Shown: positions 63,225 through 64,000 of the stretch, piece after piece
Layout: every line of letters begins with the position of its first letter
How positions within the stretch are numbered: position 1 is the first letter of the stretch
Source: Phoronis australis
Lineage: Eukaryota > Animalia > Phoronida
Direction of reading: 5' to 3'
DNA: 64,000 nucleotides
Assembly: GCA_002633005.1 (NCBI GenBank)
Contig: NMRA01000359.1
Coordinates: 213,438-277,437 of the forward strand
Translations under genes and position numbers: made by a program
The notes under the pieces: model-generated
Seen by the model: the letters and a program-made list of their open reading frames with translations, nothing else
Database searches by the model: none
Told to the model about the DNA's origin: nothing

Positions 63225-63625
63225 AGGTGTATTTGCGTGCTCCTAACTATGCTAATGTATGGCAGGAACTAAACGACAATGCTATTTGAACATCATCTAC
63301 GCTAAACAAAGTGCAGTTGTATTCCTTGACAACTTGTAAATGTGAAAACAAAATATTCTGCTAATAAATTATATGACCTTTGCACTAATGACGTACTTTG
63401 GGGGCTCACATTATTCGCATCATACAGTGTTATCCCCAACACCACGTCACATACTCACAAGAAACATTCGAGTGATTTACCGCATTTCATTTCGACAAAA
63501 AATCGTTCTTAAAAACATTTGGCAACTTTCAACACAATTTATACTAACACCATCCTTATATGTTGTGTTCCTAGCTAATTTGACCAAGCAATAATAAAGA
63601 TAAGGATTTGCGTCTAAGCTCCACT
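63225..63625 (+). mobile_element. TTAA-flanked MITE (Kolobok-like)
   Basis: TTAA|AGGTG...CACT|TTAA; second copy at about 51294-51690. Confidence 0.65.
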
Positions 63626-64000
63626 TTAAATTATATAGCAATGATAAGAAAATGCATCTCAACAGCAACAAAATTTTATTGTACACCATCAAGTAATCTT
63701 TGCAAATATAATAATAATAATAAATGAAAGTGCCGTCAATTTGAACTGCTTTAACTGCTCCAGAATCGCACGGGATTTGTACAGTACAGAACAAAACAAA
63801 ACCAGCGACAGACACGGGACCGTCAAACAAACATGAACATTTGTGCACTACCTTCAGACTCATGTCCGCCTAATTGGGATGGAGTTCTTCAACAACTTAA
63901 TTATATTCTAGCAAAATCAAGTTTTCCAAAATATATACTATACATTCAATATATCACACACACACAGCAAGCATGAAAACCAGTTATTGATTAGAATTCA

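Overview
AT-rich, repeat-dense eukaryotic genomic DNA, probably from a marine invertebrate (inferred from the transposon families present). The window is dominated by one complete + strand gene for an ATP10-type (class V) P4-ATPase phospholipid flippase. I reconstructed it by hand with GT-AG junctions and consistent phases: 18 coding exons, 3585 nt, 1194 aa, stop at 48995. Its first coding exon is present twice (4316-4734 and 17498-17916). Both copies are exactly 419 nt, phase 2, indel-free and ~61% identical in protein. Each encodes the N-terminus and TM1-TM2, so the locus could make two flippases with different lipid entry gates on one catalytic core. The gene also has a triplicated splice donor (exon 8) and a quadruplicated splice acceptor (exon 14). 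Introns hold an Academ transposon, a THAP-encoding Kolobok derivative and several TTAA MITEs, a 9-bp-TSD foldback element, and mariner, Penelope and CR1-like remnants. One Helentron-type element carries a tandem array with 11 co-oriented CTCF-like motifs about every 145 bp. A convergent uncharacterised gene lies on the - strand at 58399-59150. All alignments were done by eye; no searches were run.
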